Sequence record: PZ296778.1
From: a phage
DNA: 49,526 nucleotides
Strand: one strand, 5' to 3'
Shown: in pieces, positions 10,411-20,655 of the stretch
How positions within the stretch are numbered: position 1 is the first letter of the stretch
Layout: every line of letters starts with the position of its first letter
Program-made: the position numbers and the translations under genes
Notes under the pieces: model-generated
What the model was told of the DNA's origin: nothing
Database searches by the model: none
Seen by the model: the letters and a program-made list of their open reading frames with translations, nothing else

Positions 10411-10431
10411 GGGGCGTTGCGCCCCTTTTTT
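10411..10431 (+). terminator. intrinsic terminator after major tail gene
   Basis: GGGGCG-ttg-CGCCCC hairpin followed by T6. Confidence 0.7.
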
Positions 10432-10470
10432 CATTCCTGTAAAATCAATCTATCAAATAAATTAATTCCA

Positions 10471-10490
10471 CTTTTAACAAAAAGTGCTAT
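10471..10490 (-). promoter_or_regulatory. conserved intergenic motif copy R2 (inverted)
   Basis: CTTTTAACAAAAAGTGCTAT directly abutting the RBS of the G-like chaperone gene. Confidence 0.6.
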
Positions 10491-10504
10491 AAGGAGATCT
10501 TAAG

Positions 10505-10822
10505 ATGGCAAAGATGAAACTAACGTTAGGCCCACTGCCTGATTTTAAGCTGCCTGTTTCTTTCGTGCTTCCAAATGGTGATGAGCAAGTTATTGTTTTT
10601 ACCGTGCGCCACAAGAAGGCAAGCGAAATTCACGAACGATACACAGCAGAAAAGCCGATGAGCGACGTAGAAATGATCACCTTCCTTGCTTCCGGTTGGG
10701 ATCTGGAAGATGAATTTAACGAGGAAAACGTTGCTAAATTGCTGGATTATTACCCGTCTGCGTCATTATCGCTGACTGGTCATTATATGAAAGCACTTGC
10801 GGGGCAGCGGGTAAAAAACTAA
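10505..10822 (+). CDS. tail assembly chaperone (G-like)
   Basis: 105 aa directly upstream of the tape measure gene; ends at a slippery A_AAA_AAC heptamer. Confidence 0.7.
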   Translation: MAKMKLTLGPLPDFKLPVSFVLPNGDEQVIVFTVRHKKASEIHERYTAEKPMSDVEMITFLASGWDLEDEFNEENVAKLLDYYPSASLSLTGHYMKALAGQRVKN

Positions 10823-11139
10823 AGCGGGCGGTTTACCTGTTTTACCTCAAGCCGCCAACTGACGCACAATTAGAGGCCGTCGGCCTATCCCGTTCAGACT
10901 ACGAAGGGGAGGAGCCGCCGGAGGTAATTTTTGATGAATCAATGTTTCAATCTTGGGATCTGTTTTGCGCTATGCAGACGCAATGGAGATCGACTAGCGG
11001 CAGTGTGTATGGGTTCGACTATAACGTTTTGCCTATGCTTTTTGACATTTACAAGATTGAGGATCGGGAGATGGCGCTAAATGATTTGCGCATCATGGAA
11101 CAAAAGGCGCTAGAAATGATTCATTCAAACAAAACATAA
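10505..11139 (+). CDS. tail assembly chaperone GT-like fusion (-1 programmed frameshift product)
   Basis: The -1 frame from 10819 is open with no stop for 120 nt and in frame with the track ORF 10942-11139; slippery site A_AAA_AAC at 10813-10819. Confidence 0.6.
10813..10819 (+). other. -1 ribosomal frameshift slippery heptamer A_AAA_AAC
   Basis: X_XXY_YYZ pattern in the zero frame of the G-like ORF, 1 nt before its stop codon. Confidence 0.6.
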
Positions 11140-11159
11140 GCGCCGCGAGGCGCTTTTTT
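11139..11159 (+). terminator. intrinsic terminator after chaperone GT region
   Basis: GCGCC-gcga-GGCGC hairpin followed by T6, just upstream of the tape measure RBS. Confidence 0.55.
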
Positions 11160-11178
11160 AATATCTGGAGGTTTTAAA

Positions 11179-13860
11179 ATGGCTGAAAAATACGCTGGCC
11201 TAACGCTAGGCGTTGACGTGTCGCAGGTCAACAATGCTGTTAAATCATTGCAGCAATTCAAGAAGGCAAACGACGACGCAAAAAAAAGCGTTAATGAATT
11301 TGTTGATTCTGAGGTTGTGGCCCGACAGCAAGCAAAACAGCTTGCCGAAGAACTGGCGCGCCAGAAAGCAGAATTTAAGAAAATCCAGGAGTCAATTGAT
11401 CCCACTGCATCAAAGATGGATAAGCTGCGAAAGGCAGCGACACAGCTTGATGCGCTATGGAAAAAGGGCGTTGTTCCTGATCAGACTTTTTTTGAGCTTG
11501 GGGCAATTCTTGAGACGCAGCAAAACAAGCTGATCGCAACCAAAAAAGCGATGACAGAGGAAGGCCGCGCGGCGCTTGAGGAATCAAAGAACAAGGCGCG
11601 TGCAGCGGAAGAGGCTAAAAAATTCGTCCAGGCTTTGCGTGAGCAGGAAGAAGCAGCAGGAAAAAGCAAGTCTGAATTGCTGGAAATGAAAGCGGCACAG
11701 CTTGGAGTTAGCCAGGAGGCAGCACCTTACATCGCAAGGCTGAAAGAGCAGGAAAAGCAGATCCAGAAACTTGGGATTTCTACAGGCCAATACAAACAAG
11801 CAATGGCGCAATTGCCAATGCAGATCACAGACGTGGTGACTTCACTTGCTTCTGGTATGCCAGTTTGGTTGGTCGCAGTCCAGCAGGGTGGGCAGATCAA
11901 GGATTCTTTTGGTGGTGCATCCAATGCTTTAAAAGCGTTGCTATCTTTCCTGAATCCGGTAAACGTGGCGTTTGGCTTGCTTTCCGGCACGCTGGCAATT
12001 GCTGCATATAATGCCTACAAAGCACAGACAGAGCTTGAGGCAATTAAAAAAACCGTTCAGGAAACAACTGGCTTGAGTGGTGAGTTTGCCGAAAAGATTG
12101 CTATAGGAATCCAGGAGCTTTCCGACAAGACAGGCGAAAGCGCCGAAGATCTGGCAAAGGCTTACATAACAACGAAAGACGGCGCGAGCGAGGCGATTAA
12201 AAAACTGGTTGACGTTGGGATGACTTATGATGACGCAAAAAAGAAAGTCAACGAGTACAAGGGCGCGTCTAGCTTTGTCAGCTTGAATAACGAAATTGCA
12301 AACCACAAAAACAAAGTCCTTGAGTTGGGCGATTCGTGGTATGAGGTTTTGAAAGCGAAGCGTGATTACGCTTCCCCGTCCGGCGGCCTGTTAGGTAAGG
12401 AGCTTGGCTATGTTAACCCTATGCTTAAGTTTGCACTTAACACTTATGAAGACATTGGAAAGGTCGTAAAAGATGCGAATAAGGACATGGCGGAACGAGC
12501 GGAGCGAATCGACAAAGAAAACCTGGCCTTAAACAGAGTGCGCGCAGCACAGGAGGCTTTAAACAAAGCCATTGAGGATCAGAAAAATGTGGCGCGTTCG
12601 GCTGATGAAGAACTGAAAAAGCGCGCGGCTGAAAACGTGGAGTTTAGGCGCAAAGAGCTTGAGGAAATCAAGAAGCAGGAGCAGAAAAAGAAAGAGGCTA
12701 AAGGGGGAATAGTTCGCGGCCCTACTGAGCAGCTTGATAAAGAGTTGTACGTTTTAAAGGCGCAACTGGAAACTCTTAAAGAGCATCGCACTGTTAACGA
12801 TGTTATTTCTCGCCAGCGTAAATCTTTATGGAGCATCGAAAAGCAGATCGAGATCCTGGAGAATGCGCAGAGCAAGCGTAAATTGACCGGAGCGGAACAG
12901 GCGCTACTAAACGAGCAAAAGGCCGTTCTTGAAATGGCAAGACAAAAAGCTGAGCTAGGGGATCAGATTGTTTTGCAGGAGCGCAAAAACAAGCTGGAGC
13001 AAGATAGTCTTAAGTTTATCCGTGAAACTGAGGCTGCTATTGATGCGATTGGCCTTAAGCAACTTGGCTACACTGAAAAGCAGATCGAGCGTGAGCTAGA
13101 GTTACGCAAGCTGCGCACCGACTACGAGGCGCAAGGCGGAAGCGTTAGCGACGAAGTTTTTCAGCAAATGGAGACGAAACTTAAGCTGTATTACCAGGCA
13201 CAAGACGAGGCGCAAGGCAACTGGTTAGCCGGAGCAAAGAACGCATGGGAGCTATTCGCGGAAGATGCAAACAATGCCTATGGCAATGTTCAGCAGATCG
13301 CAAGCGAGGCGTTAAACGGCCTTACAAACCAATTAGCGAATTTTATCGCTACTGGCAAGGCAAACTTTAAAGACTTCTCGACGGCTATCATCAAAATGAT
13401 TATCCAGATGATCACGAAAATGGTCGTCTTTAATGCGTTATCTGGCCTGATGGGTGGTCAAACCTGGACGATGGGGAGCTTGCTTAAGAATATTGGCGGA
13501 TTTGCTGGCGGTGGATACACTGGAGACGGCGGGAAGTATGAGCCAGCCGGAATTGTCCATAAAGGTGAATTTGTCATGACGAAGGAGGCGACGCAGCGTA
13601 TCGGGGTAGGAAACTTGTACCGCATGATGCGAGGCTATGCTAACGGCGGCGTTGTTGGTAGTTCCGGCTATACTGGCGGTGGCGCTGTAACTGGTGGAGC
13701 ACCTCAATTTAACATCGGCGGGATTGATGTTAGCATCACTAACGGAAACGATCCGAAGGGCATCGAAACTGGTGTTAAGATGATCTTTACTGATATGATT
13801 AAACGTTCCTGTATGCAGGGCGGCGAGGTTTACGAATTTGTTATGAGCAAGCGAGGTTGA
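11179..13860 (+). CDS. tail tape measure protein
   Basis: 893 aa; long coiled-coil-rich region; glycine-rich C-terminus; follows the G/GT pair. Confidence 0.85.
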   Translation: MAEKYAGLTLGVDVSQVNNAVKSLQQFKKANDDAKKSVNEFVDSEVVARQQAKQLAEELARQKAEFKKIQESIDPTASKMDKLRKAATQLDALWKKGVVPDQTFFELGAILETQQNKLIATKKAMTEEGRAALEESKNKARAAEEAKKFVQALREQEEAAGKSKSELLEMKAAQLGVSQEAAPYIARLKEQEKQIQKLGISTGQYKQAMAQLPMQITDVVTSLASGMPVWLVAVQQGGQIKDSFGGASNALKALLSFLNPVNVAFGLLSGTLAIAAYNAYKAQTELEAIKKTVQETTGLSGEFAEKIAIGIQELSDKTGESAEDLAKAYITTKDGASEAIKKLVDVGMTYDDAKKKVNEYKGASSFVSLNNEIANHKNKVLELGDSWYEVLKAKRDYASPSGGLLGKELGYVNPMLKFALNTYEDIGKVVKDANKDMAERAERIDKENLALNRVRAAQEALNKAIEDQKNVARSADEELKKRAAENVEFRRKELEEIKKQEQKKKEAKGGIVRGPTEQLDKELYVLKAQLETLKEHRTVNDVISRQRKSLWSIEKQIEILENAQSKRKLTGAEQALLNEQKAVLEMARQKAELGDQIVLQERKNKLEQDSLKFIRETEAAIDAIGLKQLGYTEKQIERELELRKLRTDYEAQGGSVSDEVFQQMETKLKLYYQAQDEAQGNWLAGAKNAWELFAEDANNAYGNVQQIASEALNGLTNQLANFIATGKANFKDFSTAIIKMIIQMITKMVVFNALSGLMGGQTWTMGSLLKNIGGFAGGGYTGDGGKYEPAGIVHKGEFVMTKEATQRIGVGNLYRMMRGYANGGVVGSSGYTGGGAVTGGAPQFNIGGIDVSITNGNDPKGIETGVKMIFTDMIKRSCMQGGEVYEFVMSKRG

Positions 13861-14213
13861 TAATGAAGCTGGATCAGTTTAAGTGGTGTACGCAGGTTCA
13901 GAATGGTGGCGGGGCCATGACGTCATCGAATAACGATCGAGAGATTGCATTCGGTAACGGATACACACAGGTAGCATCTGGAGGTTTTAACACAATCCGG
14001 CGAGAGTTCAGCATTGTTTACGCTGGGCTTGATTACAGAGATGTTGTCAAGTTCCTGAATGAGCACAGGCTAAAACCTTTCTTGTGGATCATGCCAGATG
14101 GAAGCCCTGGATTGTTTAGGGTGAAAAGCGGTAGCGTCGGCCTTACTCCATTGTCGCCAACCGTTCAGGAAGTAAAAGCCACTTTTACGGAACAATTTAC
14201 ATCAATGCAGTAA
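13857..14213 (+). CDS. minor tail protein (lambda M-like)
   Basis: 118 aa; start overlaps tape measure stop (ATGA); conserved order TMP-M-L-K-I-J. Confidence 0.55.
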   Translation: MIMKLDQFKWCTQVQNGGGAMTSSNNDREIAFGNGYTQVASGGFNTIRREFSIVYAGLDYRDVVKFLNEHRLKPFLWIMPDGSPGLFRVKSGSVGLTPLSPTVQEVKATFTEQFTSMQ

Positions 14214-14218
14214 TTTAA

Positions 14219-14242
14219 AGCCGCCTTTGTGCGGCTTTTTTC
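14219..14242 (+). terminator. intrinsic terminator after lambda M-like gene
   Basis: AGCCGC-ctttgt-GCGGCT hairpin followed by T6. Confidence 0.6.
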
Positions 14243-14275
14243 TTGATGTTACAATGAGCAAAAAGGAGGTAGAAA

Positions 14276-15037
14276 ATGGCTAATAAAGAATCAGGTAGAG
14301 TTGAATTTGAGAACTGCCTACAAAGTTTGTACCCAGGCGAAATTATAACGCTTGTAGAGATTGACGGGACGAAGTTCGGAGCAAATATTTACCGATTTCA
14401 CAATGAGAACATCTCTTATACTGCCGAAGAATTAATGCAAGCGCAGCAAACCGGAATATTGCCGCCGAAAGATATTATTTTTCAGGGTGAGGTTTACGGA
14501 GCGCGGCCTTTCGGTGTGAGCGGTATTAACTTCACAAGTAACGGCAGGGCAGATAAGCCTCAGCTTATAGTGTCAAACCTTGACAGCAGGGTGAGCGCCA
14601 TGATCAGAAATTACAATGGCATGATGCAAGCAAAGGTGACTTTCTGGATAACGGCAAAGGAATTTATCGGAGAAGGCGGAGCAATCAAAGATGGCGCTTA
14701 CAGAAAATTGGTTTATTACATTGAGCGCCCAAGCCAGTACAATAGAGAGATAGCGAAATTTGATCTAACATCGCCTTACGATATGGATGGACTGATGATC
14801 CCGCCGCGCATCACTCAAAGCGTTTGCTATTGGGCGCAAAGGGGATGGTACAGGAGCGGAAAGGGTTGCTCTTATAACGGATCGGCAATGTTCGATAAAG
14901 ACAATAAGCCAGTAACAGATCCATCACAAGACTATTGCGCCGGAACTGTAACGGCTTGCAAATTGAGGTTCGGTCAGCAAAACGAATTGGATTTCGGCGG
15001 TTGCGCGGTTGCTTCACTGCTACGGAGGAATCAATAA
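14276..15037 (+). CDS. minor tail protein (lambda L-like)
   Basis: 253 aa; C-terminal cysteine cluster (CYWAQ...GCSYNG...CAG...AC) as in L-type Fe-S tail tip proteins. Confidence 0.6.
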   Translation: MANKESGRVEFENCLQSLYPGEIITLVEIDGTKFGANIYRFHNENISYTAEELMQAQQTGILPPKDIIFQGEVYGARPFGVSGINFTSNGRADKPQLIVSNLDSRVSAMIRNYNGMMQAKVTFWITAKEFIGEGGAIKDGAYRKLVYYIERPSQYNREIAKFDLTSPYDMDGLMIPPRITQSVCYWAQRGWYRSGKGCSYNGSAMFDKDNKPVTDPSQDYCAGTVTACKLRFGQQNELDFGGCAVASLLRRNQ

Positions 15038-15768
15038 TGATTAGTGCAAAAATTAAACTTGAAATAATGCAGCACGTTAAAGAGGAATACCCTAAAGAGG
15101 CTTGCGGCGTCATAACTCAAAAGTCACGGGTACAGAAATATCACCGCATAACCAACGTGCATGACGATCCAGAAAATCATTTTGAAATGGACGCCGTAGA
15201 ATACGCTGAATCGCTCGACAAAGGCGAATTAATCGCGGTGGTGCATTCCCATTGCGGGGATGGTGCTAGCACGATACCGAGCGCGCACGACTCATGTATG
15301 TGCGATGAAATGGGTGTGTCGTGGATTATAGTGTCATGGCCCGAAGGTGATATGAGAATTGTCGAGCCGCAGGAGAGGCCGCTTATCGGTCGCCCGTGGT
15401 CGCTGGGGTCGTTCGATTGCTGGGGTCTTATCATGGCATGGCATAAACAGCACGGAGTAGTATTGAATGACTTCCGAAAGCCTTACGAGTGGTGGAAGTC
15501 AGAATATGGTGAAAATCTTTACCAGGATAATTATTTGAAAGAGGGATTTGTTGAAACTAACGAGCCTCCAAAACCTGGTGATATGGTGATTATGCAGCTA
15601 TCATCGCCAGTCTGGAATCATGCGGGGATTTATTTGGGTAACAATCAGCTATTACATCATGCGTTTGGAAAGCTATCTCGCATTGACTTGTATTCTGGAT
15701 GGTATCAGGAGCACACTGTAAAAATTTGCCGACATAAGGATCTGAAATATGACATTGAAAGTAATTAA
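15037..15768 (+). CDS. tail assembly protein (lambda K-like, JAB/MPN plus NlpC/P60-like)
   Basis: Start at MISAK (TAATG overlap with L-like gene); metal-binding motif HSHCGDGAS; Cys/His pattern downstream. Confidence 0.6.
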   Translation: MISAKIKLEIMQHVKEEYPKEACGVITQKSRVQKYHRITNVHDDPENHFEMDAVEYAESLDKGELIAVVHSHCGDGASTIPSAHDSCMCDEMGVSWIIVSWPEGDMRIVEPQERPLIGRPWSLGSFDCWGLIMAWHKQHGVVLNDFRKPYEWWKSEYGENLYQDNYLKEGFVETNEPPKPGDMVIMQLSSPVWNHAGIYLGNNQLLHHAFGKLSRIDLYSGWYQEHTVKICRHKDLKYDIESN

Positions 15769-16345
15769 GCTATCTGGTTCCCTGGGGCGTAGATTTGGCG
15801 TCTTTCACAAAATGGCGGTTGACTCATACCCCGAAGCAATACGCGCGCTATCTTCCCAGGTTGAAGGGTTCAAAGACTACATGCAAAGCGAAGTAGGATC
15901 GCGCATGAAGTATGCTGTATTCGTTGACGGTAAAAACGTTGGTCAGCATGATGAAAAATCATGGAAGTGCGCGCGAGAGGTTAGAATAATTCCCGTTCCA
16001 ACTGGTTCTAAGTCCGGCGGCCTGTTCAATGTTGTTTTTGGCGCTGTAATTATGGCTACTGCGTTCATTACTGGTGGTGCAAGCCTTGCGGCTATGGGCG
16101 CTTTTGCATCTTCCGCATTTATGATGGGTGGTGCTATCGCGCTGGGGGGTGTCATGCAAATGATTTCGCCGCAGCAGGGCGGAATGAAACTGCAAAGCCA
16201 ATCAGCAGAAAACAGGCCTTCTTACGCTTTCGGCGGTGCAGTAAATACCACGGCGGCAGGTTATCCGGTTCCTTTGCCATATGGATATAGGACGGTAGGC
16301 GGCGCGATCTGGTCGGCTGGAAGCTACGCAGAAGATAAAGCATAA
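15749..16345 (+). CDS. tail assembly protein (lambda I-like)
   Basis: 198 aa; glycine/alanine-rich hydrophobic C-terminal half; lies between K-like and J-like genes; terminator downstream. Confidence 0.55.
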   Translation: MTLKVIKLSGSLGRRFGVFHKMAVDSYPEAIRALSSQVEGFKDYMQSEVGSRMKYAVFVDGKNVGQHDEKSWKCAREVRIIPVPTGSKSGGLFNVVFGAVIMATAFITGGASLAAMGAFASSAFMMGGAIALGGVMQMISPQQGGMKLQSQSAENRPSYAFGGAVNTTAAGYPVPLPYGYRTVGGAIWSAGSYAEDKA

Positions 16346-16352
16346 AAAAATA

Positions 16353-16374
16353 CCCGCCTTGCGCGGGTTTTTTT
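16353..16374 (+). terminator. intrinsic terminator after lambda I-like gene
   Basis: CCCGC-cttg-GCGGG hairpin followed by T7. Confidence 0.65.
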
Positions 16375-16423
16375 GTGCCTTTATAATGTGCAAACCAAGA
16401 AACAGCACAAAAGGTTAAAAGTC

Positions 16424-19400
16424 ATGGCTAAATATATGATAAGCGGCAGTAAGGGAGGCGGTCAAAAGCCCTACGTGCCAAAAGAGATGGAAGATAACCT
16501 GATCTCGATAAACAAGATTAAAGTTTTGCTGGCTGTATCTGATGGCGAGTGCGATCCAGATTTTACGTTGCGTGATCTTTATCTTGATGATGTTCCGGTT
16601 ATTGCCAGCGATGGCACTGTTAACTACGAGGGAGTTACGGCTGAATATCGACCAGGCACGCAGACGCAAGATTACATCCAGGGTTTTACTGACACATCAA
16701 GTGAGGTTACAGTTGCCAGAGATATTACCGGAGACAATCCTTATGTTATTTCTGTTACAAATAAAAATCTATCTGCGGTAAGAATAAAGATCCTGATGCC
16801 AGTAGGCATTAAAACAGAGGATAACGGCGATCTTGTTGGCGTAAGGGTTGAGTATGCCGTAGATATGGCTGTTGATGGCGGTTCTTATAGCGAGGTTATG
16901 AGAGATGTAATTGACGGCAAGACAAGATCAGGATACGACCGCAGCAGAAGGATTGATCTTCCTAAGTTTGATGAGCGCGTTTTAATCCGAGTAAAGCGAC
17001 TGACTCCAGACAGCACATCTTCAAAGGTGACTGATAAAATCAAGCTGCAAAGTTACGCTGAGGTTGTTGATGCAAAATTCCGCTATCCTCTGACTGGACT
17101 TGTATTCGTAGAATTTGACAGCGAATTGTTTCCTACGCAAATCCCTAACATTTCTATAAAAAAGAAATGGAAGATTATTAATGTGCCAAGCAACTATGAT
17201 CCAATATCAAGAGAATATCACGGGTCATGGGATGGGACTTTTAAAAAAGCGTGGTCAAATAATCCTGCTTGGGTTCTTTATGATCTGGTGACAAATCAGC
17301 GTTATGGACTTGATCAGCGAGAGTTAGGAATACAGATCGACAAGTGGAGCTTATACGAGGCGGGCGTTTACTGCGATCAGAAAGTTCCAGACGGTAAAGG
17401 CGGCACTGAGCCTCGCTACCTATGCGATGTGGTGATTCAGAATCAAGTTGAGGCTTATCAGCTAATCCGTGACATTTGCTCAATCTTTCGCGGAATGAGT
17501 TTTTGGAATGGTGAGAGCTTATCAATCGTGATTGATAAGCCGCGCGATCCATCATACGTGTTTACTAATGAAAACGTCATCAACGGTGATTTTCAGTACA
17601 CAAACGCAAGCGAAAAAAGCATGTACACGCAGTGTAACGTGACGTTTGACGACGAACAAAACATGTATCAGCAGGACGTAGAGGGGGTTTTTGATACTGA
17701 GGCGGCATTACGATTTGGATACAACCCAACAAGCATTACAGCGATCGGGTGTACGCGCAGGAGCGAAGCGAATCGTCGCGGTCGTTGGGTTTTGAAAACA
17801 AACCTTAGAAGCACTACTGTAAACTTTGCTACCGGACTAGAGGGGATGATTCCATCAATAGGTGATGTTATTGCTATCGCTGATAATTTTCAGAGTAGCA
17901 ACCTAACGTTAAACCTATCGGGCCGAGTAATGGAAGTTTCAGGGCTGCAGGTTTTCGTTCCGTTTAAGGTTGATGCTCGCCCTGGTGATTTTATTATCAT
18001 CAACAAGCCGGACGGCAAGCCAGTTAAGCGCACGATCTCAAAGGTTAGCGCAGACGGAAAAACCATTGAGTTAAATATTGGATTTGGTTTTGATGTTAAG
18101 CCTGATACTGTTTTTGCGATTGACCGTACTGATCTTGCGTTGCAGCAATACGTTGTGACAACCATCAGCAAGGGTGATGACGAAAACGAGTTTACCTATT
18201 CAATCACGGCTGTAGAGTACGATCCGAACAAATACGACGAGATTGATTATGGAGTAAACATTGATGACAGACCGACTTCAATTGTTCAGCCTGACGTGAT
18301 GGCAGCGCCTGAGAACGTTAAGATCTCATCTTATTCTCGCGTCGTGCAGGGTGTTAGCGTTGAGACTATGGTTGTTTCATGGGATAAGGTTCCTTACGCA
18401 TCGCTTTATGAAATGCAGTGGCGAAAAGGTGATGGTAACTGGCTGAATACGCCGCAGACCGCTAACAAAGAGATAGAGGTAGAAGGGATTTACTCTGGCA
18501 ACTACCAAGTAAGGGTGAGATCCGTTTCTGCAAGCGGTAACGCTTCCCCGTGGTCAAAGATTGCAACCGCCACTCTGACAGGTAAAGTTGGCGAGCCAGG
18601 AGCGCCGATTAATCTTACGGCTTCTGATAATGAAGTTTTTGGCATTCGTGTCAAATGGGGTATGCCGGAAGGATCAGGCGATACGGCTTACATTGAGCTT
18701 CACCAATCGCCAGACGGAACGGTTGAAAACTCAAGTCTGCTTACGCTGATTCCATATCCTCAATATGAGTATTGGCATAGCACGTTACCAGCGGGGCAAG
18801 TTGTATGGTATAGAATCCGCAGCGTTGACAGAATAGGCAACGTTTCAAGCTGGACTGACTTTGTTCGCGGCATGGCGTCAGATGACGTTGAATCTGTTTT
18901 GGGCGACATTCTGGACAAGATTTTTGATACAGAAGCTGGTCAAGAAATCAAAGAGAACGCCATAGACAGTGCCAATAAAATCAAAGACCAGGCGCAATCA
19001 ATCATACAGAACGCGTTGGCAAATGATGCAGATGTGAAGTGGACACGAGTGCAAAACGGAAAGCGCAAGGCTGAATATGGTCATGCTCTTGAGCTTATCG
19101 CCAATGAAACAGAAGCGCGCGTAACTCAAATCGAAGAGTTAAGGGCTTCAATTGATGGCGAGATAACATCAAGCATCAAGACAGTGCAGGAGGCAATTGC
19201 CACTGAATCAGAGACGCGAGCGACTCAAATTCAGCAGCTTGATTCTAAATTCACAAAAGAAATCGACGGCGTGCGCAAGGATACTTCTGCAAGCATTAGC
19301 GATGTAAGGCAGACAATCACTAACGAGTCAGAAGCGCGCGCTCAGGCCGTTCAGCAGCTTGACGCTAAGTTCACGAAAGAGATAAACGACCTTGACGGAG

Positions 19401-20002
19401 TTATCAAAACAGAAGTCGAGGCTAACATCTCAGAAGTGAAACAGGCGATCGCCAATGAGACAGAGGCAAGGGTTCAGGCTGACCAGGCATTAACAGCACG
19501 ATTTGGCGACGTTGAATCTGCATTGGTTGAAAAGTTGGATTCTTGGGCGAGCGTTGATTCAGTTGGCGCTAAATACGCTATGAAACTTGGCCTTACTTAC
19601 AAAGGCCAGCAATACAGCGCAGGAATGGTGATGCAGCTTTCGCAGGGTTCATCCGGCCTTATCTCGCAAATTTTGTTTGATGCTAACAGGTTCGCCATTA
19701 TGACTAGCTCTACTGGAGGGACTTTTACTTTGCCTTTCGTGGTTGAGAATAATCAGGTTTTCATTAATAGTCTTTTGGTGAAGAACGGTTCAATCACTAA
19801 TGCGATGATTGGTAATGTGATTCAGTCAAACAACTTTGTTCAAAACCAGCAAGGATGGAGGCTTGATAAAAACGGAATCTTTGAGAATTACGGATCAACG
19901 CCAGGAGAAGGAGCTACTAAATTCACCAATGAGGGATTGAAGGTAAAAGATGCAAACGGAGTATTGAGGGTTGAAGTCGGAAGGATTACCGGAAGCTGGT
20001 AA
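16424..20002 (+). CDS. central tail fibre / host specificity protein (lambda J-like)
   Basis: About 1190 aa; recognisable similarity to lambda J (VPSNYDPISREYHGSWDGTFKKAWSNNPAWVLYDL, GVYCDQKVPDGKGGTEPRY); start moved to MAKYMISG because track start 16373 lies inside the upstream terminator. Confidence 0.9.
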   Translation: MAKYMISGSKGGGQKPYVPKEMEDNLISINKIKVLLAVSDGECDPDFTLRDLYLDDVPVIASDGTVNYEGVTAEYRPGTQTQDYIQGFTDTSSEVTVARDITGDNPYVISVTNKNLSAVRIKILMPVGIKTEDNGDLVGVRVEYAVDMAVDGGSYSEVMRDVIDGKTRSGYDRSRRIDLPKFDERVLIRVKRLTPDSTSSKVTDKIKLQSYAEVVDAKFRYPLTGLVFVEFDSELFPTQIPNISIKKKWKIINVPSNYDPISREYHGSWDGTFKKAWSNNPAWVLYDLVTNQRYGLDQRELGIQIDKWSLYEAGVYCDQKVPDGKGGTEPRYLCDVVIQNQVEAYQLIRDICSIFRGMSFWNGESLSIVIDKPRDPSYVFTNENVINGDFQYTNASEKSMYTQCNVTFDDEQNMYQQDVEGVFDTEAALRFGYNPTSITAIGCTRRSEANRRGRWVLKTNLRSTTVNFATGLEGMIPSIGDVIAIADNFQSSNLTLNLSGRVMEVSGLQVFVPFKVDARPGDFIIINKPDGKPVKRTISKVSADGKTIELNIGFGFDVKPDTVFAIDRTDLALQQYVVTTISKGDDENEFTYSITAVEYDPNKYDEIDYGVNIDDRPTSIVQPDVMAAPENVKISSYSRVVQGVSVETMVVSWDKVPYASLYEMQWRKGDGNWLNTPQTANKEIEVEGIYSGNYQVRVRSVSASGNASPWSKIATATLTGKVGEPGAPINLTASDNEVFGIRVKWGMPEGSGDTAYIELHQSPDGTVENSSLLTLIPYPQYEYWHSTLPAGQVVWYRIRSVDRIGNVSSWTDFVRGMASDDVESVLGDILDKIFDTEAGQEIKENAIDSANKIKDQAQSIIQNALANDADVKWTRVQNGKRKAEYGHALELIANETEARVTQIEELRASIDGEITSSIKTVQEAIATESETRATQIQQLDSKFTKEIDGVRKDTSASISDVRQTITNESEARAQAVQQLDAKFTKEINDLDGVIKTEVEANISEVKQAIANETEARVQADQALTARFGDVESALVEKLDSWASVDSVGAKYAMKLGLTYKGQQYSAGMVMQLSQGSSGLISQILFDANRFAIMTSSTGGTFTLPFVVENNQVFINSLLVKNGSITNAMIGNVIQSNNFVQNQQGWRLDKNGIFENYGSTPGEGATKFTNEGLKVKDANGVLRVEVGRITGSW

Positions 20003-20006
20003 AAAA

Positions 20007-20024
20007 GGGGGCATAGCCCCCTTT
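20007..20024. terminator. bidirectional terminator between convergent central fibre gene and lipoprotein operon
   Basis: GGGGG-cata-GCCCCC hairpin flanked by an A-run upstream and T-rich sequence downstream. Confidence 0.6.
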
Positions 20025-20028
20025 AATT

Positions 20029-20655
20029 TTAATCATAGTGTGATGCATTTATAACCAAAACAGATGAAGCGGTGTAAATACCAACAGGTCCAGGAGTTTG
20101 TGCAACCTGCCTAGAAAAAGAGTAGATCCCGTTACCATACGCGGCAGCTTGAGACTCAAAAATCATGAATCCACCTAAAGCCGGATTAGGAACAGAGTTT
20201 AATGCTGTCAGTGATGGCATTATGGCGCAAGGATAGCCCATGTTAACATCAAATGCGATCCCGCTTACGCCTACTTGCTTTGCATCTAGCGGCCTCATTT
20301 TTCCATGATAAACCATTTCACCATGAGCATTATAAAACGCTATGCCGTGACTACCTGGGGGAGTCACCATATTACTAAAAGCATAAACAATAACCTCACC
20401 CTGATTATCAGATCTATCAAGTCTTATTGCGTGCCTTCCACCATTGTTAAATTGCGTGAATGATATGTATGATTTAGCGGTCAATCTAACAAAGAAAAAA
20501 CATACCCTATCAACAGGAATTGACGAAGTAAAAACGGTTCCGGTATTAGCAGATATTACGGCCCGATCAATTAGATTAACTGGAGTGAAATCTGGACTTA
20601 ACCATAACGATCCGTCTGATTTTTTTATACTCATCCCGTACATTATCACCCCCAA
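20029..20655 (-). CDS. hypothetical protein (third gene of lipoprotein operon)
   Basis: 208-aa ORF; track start is a TTG inside a T5G5 run overlapping the upstream ORF by 10 nt; an ATG lies 4 codons in. Confidence 0.4.
   Translation of the reverse strand: MGVIMYGMSIKKSDGSLWLSPDFTPVNLIDRAVISANTGTVFTSSIPVDRVCFFFVRLTAKSYISFTQFNNGGRHAIRLDRSDNQGEVIVYAFSNMVTPPGSHGIAFYNAHGEMVYHGKMRPLDAKQVGVSGIAFDVNMGYPCAIMPSLTALNSVPNPALGGFMIFESQAAAYGNGIYSFSRQVAQTPGPVGIYTASSVLVINASHYD

Noticed and set aside
11121-13707. Multiple minus-strand and alternative-frame ORFs inside the tape measure gene (for example 11121-11405, 11941-12306, 13438-13707)
   Set aside because: They lie antisense or out of frame within a long, well-supported coding region and lack RBSs; typical shadow ORFs.
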